Shown: positions 10,561 through 20,661 of the stretch, piece by piece
Position numbering within the stretch: position 1 is the first letter of the stretch
How the letters are laid out: each line of letters opens with the position of its first letter
Origin: Nematocida ausubeli
Lineage: Eukaryota
Assembly (NCBI RefSeq): GCF_000738915.1
Contig: NW_026515635.1
Span: forward strand, 744,001-808,000
Direction of reading: 5' to 3'
Length of the DNA stretch: 64,000 nt
The notes under the pieces: generated by a model
The model's database searches: none
Seen by the model: the letters and a program-made list of their open reading frames with translations, nothing else
What the model was told of the DNA's origin: nothing
Translations under genes and position numbers: made by a program

Positions 10561-11573
10561 GATGGAAGTAAAGCATGGCGGCATGCTACGGTTTGCTAAA
10601 TATATTGAGCAGGAAACAAATATTAAATACTTTTCTGTCGGGTGAGTGTGCAGTGTCTAGAGCGTGCTGTTTTAGCTCTGTTTTCACTATACTTCCTTAT
10701 ACAAAGCCATTAGTGTGCTTGGTGTCTATGAAAACCATTGTGTAAATCTATTATACTTTTTAGTATCTTAAATAAATTTTACCATGATTAGCTATTCATT
10801 TATAATTGAGTTTATGTATCCTTCTGCCTTTCCAGCAAACAGTCTTTCAAAGATAGATTGAGTGTGCGTGGTTTATATTGTTTGTGTTTTCTTAATATAT
10901 ATCTATTCTATATACTTTTTCTTTTTGTTTTGTTTGCAAACTATTCTTTTTATTTTTAGTTTCTTCTCTATATTATGGTATGAAAACTCTTCAGCACAAA
11001 AAGTTTTTATAGAAAAGACACATTTATTTTTAGAATTAAAAGAAGATAAATACTGAAATGGTTTGGCGCATCTACATTGTAGGGCTTAATTTTAAACATT
11101 TATTGCACACAAGTCACTCAGCATATATTGTTGCATTCGAGGTTCGGGTTATGCTATGGAGTATATTCTGGCCTGCAATGTCATTCTTTTTATTGTAAGC
11201 GCATTCACCTGGCATAAACAAACTTCTATTCTTAAAGACATTTCTAAGGCATGTACTCCATTATATCTTTTCATTTGCATTGGGGCTTGGCACTTGCGAG
11301 TATAGAGGTATGCATATGCAATGTATCTAAAGGAAAAGCAGATAATATAAAGTCAATGACACAGCTATTCATTTTCAGTAGGGGAGTATGCAGCATATTG
11401 GATTCAAACAACTATTTATCACACCTGTAAGAAATCATGTTGCAAAGGATGCACATGGATGTGTATATGTATATATTCTTTGTGTAAAGGACTGTTTAAG
11501 ATAAAAAACACTAGACTGGGCGCAGTCAGTATAGATAAAATCCATTAAGGGCAAACTAGTTTATTAATTGCAC

Positions 11574-12779
11574 TTATTCCAGCAGACGAGGGAAGACAGG
11601 GCGAGGCATCTTCTTGTGAGTCTCTTTCTCTTTCTGTATCTTCTCTGCAATTGCTGCTATGTCAATGGATAGCTGTTCTTTCTTTGAAAGGAAGCTTTCT
11701 TCTTCTGCCTTTACAACAGTATCAATCTTTTGGAGAGTCTTCTCCACATCAGCTACTGTCTTTGGAATTGCAATTCTAAACATAACTAGCTGGCTAACTA
11801 GGTGAAGTGGCAGCGTAATGAGCTGGCTCTTTCCGCTCTTTGCTGGTATGTTGTACTTAGAGAGAGAGGACTTAACGCACTTCAGCTTCTCTGCTGGGTT
11901 TCCGTGCAGATTCATCTCCATCTTTTCCTTATCCTCTTGGAGGTCAGAGATAAGCTTCTCCTGCTCAATGAGAGCATCCTTTCGGCTCTTTGCAACTTCA
12001 ATTTCTGCAGCCTTCAGGTCAAACTCCTCGCTCTTCTTCTTGATGATCTCAAACTCATCGGTTCTCTTCTTGGACAGAACAGCTACTTCAGCATTGATTG
12101 ATGCCACAGAGGCCTGCATCTTCTTTATGTCCTCTGGGTAGACAGTCTTTTTGACTGCATCGATCTTTTCCTTTACTTCAAGAAGAAGCTTGTTCTGGAT
12201 CTCCAGCTCCTGTTTCTTCACAGACAGAACTGCCTCCTTCTTCTTCTTCTGGTCTTCCATTTCCTTGATCTTTTCATCCTTCTCCTTAAAGATGTCCTGC
12301 ATTGAGAGCATCTTTCGGATCTGGTTCTTCTCATTGCTGATATCTCTCTCCTCCTTCACATTCAATGGCTTTTCGATAATTCTGTTATCAATAGACATAA
12401 GCTTGTTCTTTAGATCAGCAGTGCTTTGCATGTTCATCATCTTCTTCTCCTCACCAACGGTTTGGGAAAGTTCTCTGAGCTCGTTCCTTGCAATATTTAC
12501 TTCATCAAACATTCTCTTCTTCTCCTTCTGCAGCTCAGCAATCTTCTCCTGGATCTGGTCTCTGGAGTCATACAGCTCCTTCTGCCCAGTCTGTTTTCTG
12601 AACTCCTCAATGCGGCTGTTCAGCCTCTTCTTGGTGCTTTCTATGGTGTCTTTCAGCTGGTTGATTTCTGTAGTGTATCCCTTAACAGTAGTAAAGTGTT
12701 TTTTTACACCAGGAAATCTAAACTGCTTCTGGTTCTTCTTTGTGTCGTCTTCTTGCTTTCTTTCGTTAACAGCGTTCAT
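11574..12779 (-). CDS. coiled-coil protein, Bfr1-like
   Basis: Long K/E coiled coil; STADLKNKLMSIDNRII...EERDISNE and C-terminal LPLHLVSQL...IAIPKTVADVEKTL resemble Bfr1-family segments; start moved to the ATG at 12779 (preceded by CCCTGGGCAAA), which avoids overlap with the opposite gene. Confidence 0.6.
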   Translation of the reverse strand: MNAVNERKQEDDTKKNQKQFRFPGVKKHFTTVKGYTTEINQLKDTIESTKKRLNSRIEEFRKQTGQKELYDSRDQIQEKIAELQKEKKRMFDEVNIARNELRELSQTVGEEKKMMNMQSTADLKNKLMSIDNRIIEKPLNVKEERDISNEKNQIRKMLSMQDIFKEKDEKIKEMEDQKKKKEAVLSVKKQELEIQNKLLLEVKEKIDAVKKTVYPEDIKKMQASVASINAEVAVLSKKRTDEFEIIKKKSEEFDLKAAEIEVAKSRKDALIEQEKLISDLQEDKEKMEMNLHGNPAEKLKCVKSSLSKYNIPAKSGKSQLITLPLHLVSQLVMFRIAIPKTVADVEKTLQKIDTVVKAEEESFLSKKEQLSIDIAAIAEKIQKEKETHKKMPRPVFPRLLE

Positions 12780-12826
12780 TTTGCCCAGGGCCGTAAGAAA
12801 TAAAAAAATAAAAGAAAAAAGACGCA

Positions 12827-13021
12827 ATGAAATCCAACAAGGGAGCTGCCACAAAAAAGGAGATATTTGCAGGACCTTCATTTAACGACATGCCTGACAT
12901 GGAGACACTTCCAATTCCAACAATTCCCGACGGATTTACAGTAAAGATGCAGAAAGAGAAAAAGCCCAAGGCAAAGAAGCAAAAGGCAAAGGCAAAGAAG
13001 GCAGAGCAGAAGAATAAATAA
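12827..13021 (+). CDS. 64-aa Edc1/PNRC-type mRNA decapping activator
   Basis: FAGPSFNDMPDMETLPIP fits the [YF]AGxxF-x(7)-LPxP decapping-activator motif; K-rich tail; AATAAA overlaps the stop. Confidence 0.7.
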   Translation: MKSNKGAATKKEIFAGPSFNDMPDMETLPIPTIPDGFTVKMQKEKKPKAKKQKAKAKKAEQKNK

Positions 13022-13687
13022 TGTATTTTTAAATTTAAACAACTTACATTGCAGAAGAGAACGCGGCACTGCTCTGAAAAGTATGCACCGCTCTTTCCGA
13101 GTGTGGTATATTGGACAGACAGACTGCCAGTTAGCTGCTGCGAATGATAACCTGGAGGTAGACCTCCTTATTTTTAAGCACTTTTAGTCTTCTTTTTCTA
13201 TGCCTCTTCAGCACTGTCTTCTCAATATACTTTTTGTGCTGTAGTGCAGTGCTTTTTAGTTATGCCCAAGGAACTTTAATAAAAATAGTACTAGTGTAGC
13301 CAGTAGACACGCATGACTAATCTCAATAGATATGTCTGTATAGCACAATTATTCTTTCAGTTTGTCAGAACACTTCAAACCAAGGTGATTTTCTTAAGTG
13401 AATTTATTTAGCCTGGCAGCACTTGCCTTCAAATAAGCAATTTATAATAGGGCATAGTCTCACTAAAGCAAGTCTAGTATATAGGCTGAAGTTCATGGAA
13501 AAGGCAGACTATAGGCTGCTAAGACCATCCAATTAGAGTGAATCGATGCACTGTGCCAACCAGGTGGGCACTCTTAGTGAGCATATAAGAGATAAAAATA
13601 GACAGACTGGCTGCCAAATACTTTTCAACAAAATGATATCTAGCAGAAGAGCCTGCTTTACATAAATTGAATAAATTTAAATAGGAT

Positions 13688-15073
13688 TTATTCTCTCTTA
13701 GAGTCAAGAAGAGCTAGCTTTGATATAATGCACTTTGCATATGAGCTTTTCTTTAAGTCCGAGATATTTGCTTTAAGATGCGCCATTAGAACCTCTTTGT
13801 CAGCTCCTGTTAGCACATCTAGAAGCCTCTGAATTACATAGTTTCCGAACTTGTCCATTGTTATATGAATAAGCATGTCCTCGCCTGAGGGACCAACAGC
13901 TGACTTGAGCTGCTTGAGCATATGCTTTCGGTCTTCCATGGTTCCGCATATAACGCATTTCTCCATGACGTTTGATGCAAATTTATGTGTGCTGTACTCT
14001 GCTATGTTGTCTGAAAGGTCTGTGATGATCTTTCTCTTGTGCGCATGAGTCCCTTTCTCTAATATATGCTGTATCACATAGTTGCCGTACTGGTCCTCTA
14101 CAAGCAGCTTGGCATTGCTAATTATTTTGTCAATTGCGCTTGCGCACTTTGTGCTGTTCTCAAAAATCCTCTGAATGACCCTGCAGCCATACCGGTGCCG
14201 GCTTAGGGATACTGCATCTTCTTCAAACTCCTTAATTACAAAATCAGAATCAACACACTCAACGCACTTCTGGACCACATGGTTTCCATTCTGGTCGCAA
14301 ACAAGATCTATCACGTGCCCCTTGATTCTTTCTACAATTTTTCTGTTTATATCCTTACACTCAAGGGCCTTTTGGATAACTCTGCAGCCATACATGTGCA
14401 AAGCAAGAGGAATGATCGTTCCCTCCATGGCAGAGAATATCTTCTCCCGCTGCTCATGTGTTCCAATTTCAAGGAACTTCTGCACAACATAGTTCCCAAA
14501 CAGATCTGCAATTAAGTCTCCTATCCATGGACAGATCTCCTCAAAGGTCATTGCTATTTCCTCTGCACTGGCTCCATCTAGTTTTTTCTGGATAAACCGA
14601 CTGCCCTCCTGGTCCTTCGAAATTGCGCATATTAAATTTTCGCTGCTGGAGATGCCTCTTTTCTTTGCAAACGCATAGACCTCTTCAAAGAACTGGTCTT
14701 TTAGGGGTTCTGCTGCAGGAGTAGAGGAGAAAGAGTCTATTTTTATGCTGTTCAGAAGAATGTGTCTTTTGCCTTTTTCCTTGAGGCCTTTCCCAATTGG
14801 AGGCAGCACACTCTTCTTTTCCTCTATGTTGTACTCTATGCTTTTGTGTGTAGGGTGGTCTTCTTCAATTCTATCTACCAAGTTCTTCTTTGATTGCCAT
14901 GTTGTGCATTTAATCGGATTAAACGCGTCTTCAATTATGTCTGTACATTCTTTATCCATTGTTTGTGTATTAGTTTCGTGTAATGAAAATTCTTTCTCTT
15001 TATCGTCTGGGTCTACGTTTCCTCTTGCTATGTGCGAAATACTTCTTGCCGAGCGGATATTCTTCTCAAACAT
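13688..15073 (-). CDS. Pumilio/PUF RNA-binding protein
   Basis: Eight PUF repeats (DQEGSRFIQ, DLFGNYVVQ, HMYGCRVIQ, DQNGNHVVQ, HRYGCRVIQ, DQYGNYVIQ, HKFASNVME, DKFGNYVIQ), with a Puf3/Pumilio-type recognition code. Confidence 0.95.
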   Translation of the reverse strand: MFEKNIRSARSISHIARGNVDPDDKEKEFSLHETNTQTMDKECTDIIEDAFNPIKCTTWQSKKNLVDRIEEDHPTHKSIEYNIEEKKSVLPPIGKGLKEKGKRHILLNSIKIDSFSSTPAAEPLKDQFFEEVYAFAKKRGISSSENLICAISKDQEGSRFIQKKLDGASAEEIAMTFEEICPWIGDLIADLFGNYVVQKFLEIGTHEQREKIFSAMEGTIIPLALHMYGCRVIQKALECKDINRKIVERIKGHVIDLVCDQNGNHVVQKCVECVDSDFVIKEFEEDAVSLSRHRYGCRVIQRIFENSTKCASAIDKIISNAKLLVEDQYGNYVIQHILEKGTHAHKRKIITDLSDNIAEYSTHKFASNVMEKCVICGTMEDRKHMLKQLKSAVGPSGEDMLIHITMDKFGNYVIQRLLDVLTGADKEVLMAHLKANISDLKKSSYAKCIISKLALLDSKRE

Positions 15074-15189
15074 CTTTGCAAATTTTTACTCCGCATTGAA
15101 ATACTTCTCTCCCCTGAGTGGGGGGTTATCTTTTATTTTCATTTCGGCTCTCATTCTTTTCTTTTATATTCCATATTGATTGTGCTCCC

Positions 15190-15702
15190 ATGTTCTACAT
15201 AAGGCAGATGGAGGAGAGGATTGTGCTGGAGCCAAAGTACCTGGGAAAGAAAATAGAGGAAACTGTAAGAAAAAGACTAGTCTCTGAGGTGGAGGGCAAG
15301 TGCATGGCAGAGTGCGGATACATTATTAGCATCATCTCCATAGACAACTTGTACACAACAGAAATTGACAGCGCCACTGGGTCTGGCACTTTTCTGGCAG
15401 AGTACTCGGCGCTGACTCTTTTCCCAAAGAAGAACGAAGTGGCAAATGCTGTAGTTCATGAGATAAACAAGATGGGGGTATTTTGTTATATAGGCCCACT
15501 CTCTGTGTTTATAAGTATACATCAGTTGTCTGGGCAGTTTATAGAAGCAGGCGCGCACTCCAGCATAATTCAGCACGACGGGGGATCTGCAATAGTAAAG
15601 GACAGCATTGTACGGCTGAAGCTCATAGGAGTGAAAATTGAGCCAACAAAAATATTCGGGGTAGCCACGATAAATGATGACTACTTGGGAAATATTCAGT
15701 AG
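15190..15702 (+). CDS. RPB7: RNA polymerase II subunit RPB7
   Basis: MFYI...LEPKYLG, EVEGKC...GYII, NKMGVFCYIGPLSVFIS and TINDDYLG; start reassigned to CCC-ATG at 15190. Confidence 0.92.
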   Translation: MFYIRQMEERIVLEPKYLGKKIEETVRKRLVSEVEGKCMAECGYIISIISIDNLYTTEIDSATGSGTFLAEYSALTLFPKKNEVANAVVHEINKMGVFCYIGPLSVFISIHQLSGQFIEAGAHSSIIQHDGGSAIVKDSIVRLKLIGVKIEPTKIFGVATINDDYLGNIQ

Positions 15703-16075
15703 ACAGTGTTTAATACCAACATAAATTGGCCAGTTAACTTCGCACTGACACCCCATAGGACAGTGACTTTTTTGTGCTTCTGCAATGGCGTATAGTGCAG
15801 AGGGATATTTTGTGCATGGATCCGTGAAAGTGCAGACTATATTATGCGTCTATCAGCAAGTGCATTCTTGAGCTGCATAGGATAGTTTCTATTGGTTGCC
15901 AGATACTCAGAGAATTCCCCTGCACATAATATTCCGAGTGTGCACTGTATAATAGCAGCAGAAGAATAATTATTAAGACTTAAAGGAGGATGGAAAGAAG
16001 AAACACTTCTGGCACATCAATGCGTGTTGAAGAAATATGATTAAACTGGCACAATTACATTATTTAGGTATTTAT

Positions 16076-16819
16076 TTAGCTGAGCCACTTCTTTCTTTTT
16101 TTGCTCTTTGGCTTTGGAAGTGGCTTCTCAGACTTTCCCAGGTTCTGTATATACTTCACCTCAGCCCGGATAATAATGCTCCAGGTCGACGGAAACCCAT
16201 TTTCGAACTTTTTCTGTGTGCTTTCTCTGAAGCCTGCGTATGGAAGTACTGTGCAGTCGCATGCATTCTCAAGAATGTACGTTGTGTTCTTTGACATAAC
16301 AGAGTGGGAAGAAATTCTTTTCTTGATAAAAGAGCTTTGAATGATATCATTTGTGTCTTTTATCATGCCAAGAATAATTACTTCCAGAGTTCCTGATGTG
16401 TTTTCAATTAGCTTTATGGCCCATGAACTGAGAGTTACTATTTTATTTCCTGTCTCTTTTTTCTCTTCTGTTTTCTCCTCACTAGCCACTGCCTTTATTT
16501 CTTCTGTAGATGCGGCATCTGCAGGTTTTGAGGTGCACTCCTCAGAAACTTCGATCTTATTTGCACAGAAGGCATCTTCCTTCTTTTCATCTGCTTCTTC
16601 TTTCTCCAGGGCCTTTTGCTCCTCAAGGAGTTTTGTAATTGTTTCCGCATATTCATTTGTCTTATTAGATGAAGTCTTTCGAAACATCTGATAGTTGTCA
16701 GCACGCAGAAGAACCTCCATAGCATCTTCAGTGATTGGCTGGACTGCAATAGTGCATGTTTTCTCTTTCCCAGGAATATTCATCTTTTTTGCCCTCGCAG
16801 ATGGCTTTGGCTTGCGCAT
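16076..16819 (-). CDS. SANTA-domain protein (KNL2/M18BP1-like centromere licensing factor)
   Basis: LSSWAIK...IILG...SSFIKKRI...YILE...GF...KKFENGFPSTW is the SANTA domain signature; basic C-terminus; first ATG at 16819. Confidence 0.75.
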   Translation of the reverse strand: MRKPKPSARAKKMNIPGKEKTCTIAVQPITEDAMEVLLRADNYQMFRKTSSNKTNEYAETITKLLEEQKALEKEEADEKKEDAFCANKIEVSEECTSKPADAASTEEIKAVASEEKTEEKKETGNKIVTLSSWAIKLIENTSGTLEVIILGMIKDTNDIIQSSFIKKRISSHSVMSKNTTYILENACDCTVLPYAGFRESTQKKFENGFPSTWSIIIRAEVKYIQNLGKSEKPLPKPKSKKRKKWLS

Positions 16820-16997
16820 GCTCAAATATTTTTACAGAAAAGTAATTTTAACTCTTCTTTCTGCTACTGCTGAAATCCCTGATGGTGTGAAAATAAAATA
16901 TTCAGGATCGAATGTTTGTTTATTTGCTGTTCTATGAAACGGTTTCTATGAAACTGTTTCACCCCCGGAATATAAGCCAAAGTCTGTGTTGTTGATT

Positions 16998-17963
16998 ATG
17001 AATTATAACCAGTTAGAAGAGCAGGGTGATAAGGAGCTGTTTCATTTCCTAGCTAACTCACCAAAGGACTTCCGGGAGGGAGAAAGAATTAGAAAGTACC
17101 AATTAAAGAATGGAGACTACATCCACTGCATTCTTTGGAATATGCACTTTTACATCACAGGGACAGATATCGTGAAGGTTCTTGTGTGGAGATTCCAGAA
17201 CGCAGGGAGACACATTGCAAGCCACAAAAAGTTCGAGGAGGGTGTCTTCTCAGACCTCAGAAACCTAAAGCCTGGCATAGATGCAACCCTTGAATCACCC
17301 CGATCTGACTTTCTTGAATTCTTGTACAAAAATGGGTGCATTCGAACACAGAAGAAGCAGAAGGTTTTCTTCTGGTACTCGGTCCCTCATGATGCCCTTT
17401 TCTGCGATGCTTTGGAGAGAGACCTAAGGCGGGAGACAAATCTATACACATACAGCAAATACATGTGCGGCATGCCAGGAGTCCCCAGGCCACAAACATT
17501 TGCACAACAAAAGAGAAGCTTGAAGACATACATTCGGGACACAAAGATGGACGAGAAGAAGAAGATGCTTCCAATGGGCAAGCCCCTGCAAAGGCCAAAG
17601 GAGCGGCCAGAAATGTCTTCCGTAGACATTGATCTGTTCAAAGACTCAAGCCTGCCTAACCCAACACCTGTGTTTACTCCTGCCTCTACTTCATATACCT
17701 CGCACATACAGCAGTTCATACAGCCCACAGCAAAGCCAGAAACAAGCACATACAGCTTTAATGAACTAGACTTTTTTTCAGACGACTCCGCGTTTATTGA
17801 AAGCATCATAGGAGACAACTTTTCTTTTCCCCAGCCATTTGAGAAGTCGTTGATATTTGATACAGGGTGTAGCAACAAAAAGTCAGACTTAGATGACTTT
17901 TCATTTATTAACCCAAAGAAACTTACATACGGAAGCAATAGCAGTGGGTTTCAAAGAGGATAA
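16998..17963 (+). CDS. STE12: Ste12-family transcription factor
   Basis: STE domain: ITGTDIVK, KKFEEGVFSDLRNLKPG, FLYKNGCIRTQKKQKVFFWYSVPHDALFCDALERDLRRE. Confidence 0.95.
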   Translation: MNYNQLEEQGDKELFHFLANSPKDFREGERIRKYQLKNGDYIHCILWNMHFYITGTDIVKVLVWRFQNAGRHIASHKKFEEGVFSDLRNLKPGIDATLESPRSDFLEFLYKNGCIRTQKKQKVFFWYSVPHDALFCDALERDLRRETNLYTYSKYMCGMPGVPRPQTFAQQKRSLKTYIRDTKMDEKKKMLPMGKPLQRPKERPEMSSVDIDLFKDSSLPNPTPVFTPASTSYTSHIQQFIQPTAKPETSTYSFNELDFFSDDSAFIESIIGDNFSFPQPFEKSLIFDTGCSNKKSDLDDFSFINPKKLTYGSNSSGFQRG

Positions 17964-18493
17964 ATAAAACAGAATTTCTTTCATATTATATCTTTGCATT
18001 TATGCTTGTACTTTGTCTCTGGGCACACAGAGCCTGTAGAAGACCTGACTAAAAGAATCGCAGAGTAAAAATATTCTGGATAAAGCACTTATTACTACTG
18101 TCATATTGAGTTATATTGAGTTATATCTAGCAGACAAAGGAAGAATGACCTTCTGCAGATTACAATGCAGTGTATAATATTTAAATATGCACTGTGTGCT
18201 AAATATTTCTATTTCTAATATGATTAAATAGGTCTTTTTATTCTGGCTTTTAATGGGATATTTCATGCTTCATAGAGAGTCTTTTTACTCGCAGAAGACA
18301 GAAGCTCATTCTGCAAAGTAACTGTGCTTCTTTAAGCATAAATATACTTTGGTTTATATAGCCATAACATATACCTATACAGCCATAATTTCATTGCTTG
18401 GCAGGCGCATTCTGCAACTAGCAGCCTGCAGTGCCTGTATATCCCAAGCATTAAAGCACTTGGTGCATGCAATACTGCCACACAGCATGCCAC

Positions 18494-19918
18494 TTAGATC
18501 ACTAAGTTGGCGAGTATTTTTTTTGTAATCCCTGCCTGCAGCAGTTCATTGATATCTACGATGGGGTTTTTTTGGGCGTACTTGATAATCTTTTCAGCTC
18601 GCTGATCTCCTATCATTGGAAGGGACTTTATTCTCAGAAAATCTTGACTATTTACAATCTCTAAAATTGCCTCTATGCTTTGTTTCTTGTATTCTCTTGC
18701 AACTTTCTGCTTTTTTTCCCTCGGCTTCTTTAGAGTATGATCTGCTTCAGACTTTTTGTGCTTCTTTTTTTCTTCTCTTTCACTGCTGTTTGGAGCTCTA
18801 TTTTCACTGCTGCTCTTTTTCCCGTATCCCATGGAGCTACCTGCATGCGTGTAGACTGGGCGTAGAGATGTAGCAGAGGCAGAGTGTCCCCGTATGGGCA
18901 TACGAGCAGGCCGTGGGTCCTTTACGATATCAGTCCATTTATTAAAGGCAATCTTCTCGCTCTGTGGCTTCAGCTTGACCTTTCTGCTCTTCCCTGAGAA
19001 AGCAAGCGTACTAATTGTCTCAGCAGATGAATCTCCCTGTATGTTTACAATAAGGGCACAGTCACTCATACCGCCTAGTGAATCTTGCAGAATTCTTGTG
19101 AGTTTGCTGTCTCTGTATGGAATTCTGGCACTTCCCTGCCCTAAGCTTTCAATTACTTTGTTAAGCACAAAAAGACTTCTGTTTATGCTTGCACTTTCAA
19201 CCATGCTTACGCCTTCATTCCCTGTCCTTTTATTGTTTTCACTTCCTGCTAGGTCCACCAGATTGATCTTTGTTCTAACCATGGTTGAGTCTGTTGAGAG
19301 CGTGATGAAAAGTGTGACAACTGCATGACTTCTGCTACTCTCCGTGTTTAAAAGTGTTTTTCTTTGCTTTCTTCTATGACCGCCCTTGTTAAAGAGTTCT
19401 TCAAACTCCTTTTCAGTCCGGACCTTTTTCTCCAGAACACCTTGTATAACTACTCTTCCCTGCGAGTCTTCTCTGACTGGAAGAGAGACAGGCTCTTCTA
19501 CAAGCAGGTCATACACTTTTTCGTTGTAAATCTCAATATACGTCATTTCTATTCCAACCTTAAACAGGACAGAAAGGGTTTCTGTGTATCGTCCAAATAT
19601 ATCACTTGCCATCCGGGGAATTATCCCAGGGTCTGCAGAGGTTCCACACATTGTGTATGTTTTCCCTGAGCCTGTTGCTCCGTATGCTAGAATTGAAGTA
19701 TTTATTCCCCTTGCAATATTGTCTAAATACACCTCAATGTTCCTGTATATGTCTTCCTGCGTGCTGTCACTTTTGTACGCAGCATCAAAGAGAAAGGATA
19801 GTTCCTCCTGGCTGTTCTTATCTACATAAACTGTCTTATCTCTTACTCTTAGGCTTTTGTCTTTGTGGGGCGGGCGAATCCGAAGAATACTCTTGATTGA
19901 AGTGGATTCTATTCCCAT
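18494..19918 (-). CDS. kinesin-10 (Kid/KIF22-like) motor with C-terminal helix-hairpin-helix DNA-binding domain
   Basis: GATGSGKT P-loop, SSRSH, DLAGSE, IPYRDSKLTRILQDSLGG; C-terminal LEIVN...IKSLPMIGDQRAEKII HhH. Confidence 0.88.
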   Translation of the reverse strand: MGIESTSIKSILRIRPPHKDKSLRVRDKTVYVDKNSQEELSFLFDAAYKSDSTQEDIYRNIEVYLDNIARGINTSILAYGATGSGKTYTMCGTSADPGIIPRMASDIFGRYTETLSVLFKVGIEMTYIEIYNEKVYDLLVEEPVSLPVREDSQGRVVIQGVLEKKVRTEKEFEELFNKGGHRRKQRKTLLNTESSRSHAVVTLFITLSTDSTMVRTKINLVDLAGSENNKRTGNEGVSMVESASINRSLFVLNKVIESLGQGSARIPYRDSKLTRILQDSLGGMSDCALIVNIQGDSSAETISTLAFSGKSRKVKLKPQSEKIAFNKWTDIVKDPRPARMPIRGHSASATSLRPVYTHAGSSMGYGKKSSSENRAPNSSEREEKKKHKKSEADHTLKKPREKKQKVAREYKKQSIEAILEIVNSQDFLRIKSLPMIGDQRAEKIIKYAQKNPIVDINELLQAGITKKILANLVI

Positions 19919-20145
19919 ACAAGAAACAAAAAGAAATTACTAAATCACTAATTATTCTACTGGACAGGTATACCAGAGACTAAGTGCAGACTGCACTTTT
20001 TAGGGCTTTCTAGCACGTGTATCATCTAGAAAGGCAAATGTCCAGCAGGCACGCAGTGCATTCTCATCTCCAGAGGAGCTAAAGTTTAATTCAAATTGTT
20101 TTAGCAAAGAAGAATTCCCAGAGGATTTATTTAGAGAAGAAAAGC

Positions 20146-20365
20146 CTGTTATGTGAAGAACATCCATTTTGAAGACTGTTATGTGAAGAACATCTTTTGT
20201 AGTAGGATCTTTGTAGTACTTCATTTTTAGTAGAATCTTTATAGTAGGATCTTATTAGTAGAATCTTTTGTAATAGAATCTTTGTAGTACTTCATTTATA
20301 TCCTGTTTACTTTGAAGAGCGCCCTTTATAGTAAAATCTTATTAGCCCGTTTACTTTGAAGAATT
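20146..20365. repeat. degenerate low-complexity tandem repeats
   Basis: ctgttatgtgaagaacatc x2, atctttgtagtacttcattt x2, several tagtag(g/a)atctt units, gtttactttgaaga x2. Confidence 0.75.
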
Positions 20366-20661
20366 CCCTTATTACGGCTGTGCTATTACTCTAATATATA
20401 ATATATAATATATAATTACGGGCCATTTGAACCCTTTCAGCTTATTATTACACATATTCCAGACTTATGGGATTTTTAGTGTGCTTTGTCTTTGTATTCA
20501 AGCACTTCTTCTAGAGACAAATAAGAAGCAGAAGTTCAGAATATTCTGAGATACCCAAATATTGCCATCCATGAATCAAAGACATATAGGATATCTCAGT
20601 AAATTTGTAGAGTTAAACTTAGGTCTGAAGAACTGAATGATATACTGCACTTTATTTTTGT

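Noticed and set aside
10862..11056. 64-aa hydrophobic ORF
   Set aside because: GTG start in T-rich low-complexity intergenic DNA
12151..12885. Long antisense ORFs (also 25057-25842, 30395-31966, 34915-35598, 38448-39146, 59526-60242 and others)
   Set aside because: Shadows of real genes on the opposite strand, with Ser/Phe-rich translations typical of antisense frames
20000..20224. 74-aa minus-strand ORF
   Set aside because: Largely built from local degenerate repeats; a duplicate of its start upstream ends in a stop after 18 codons
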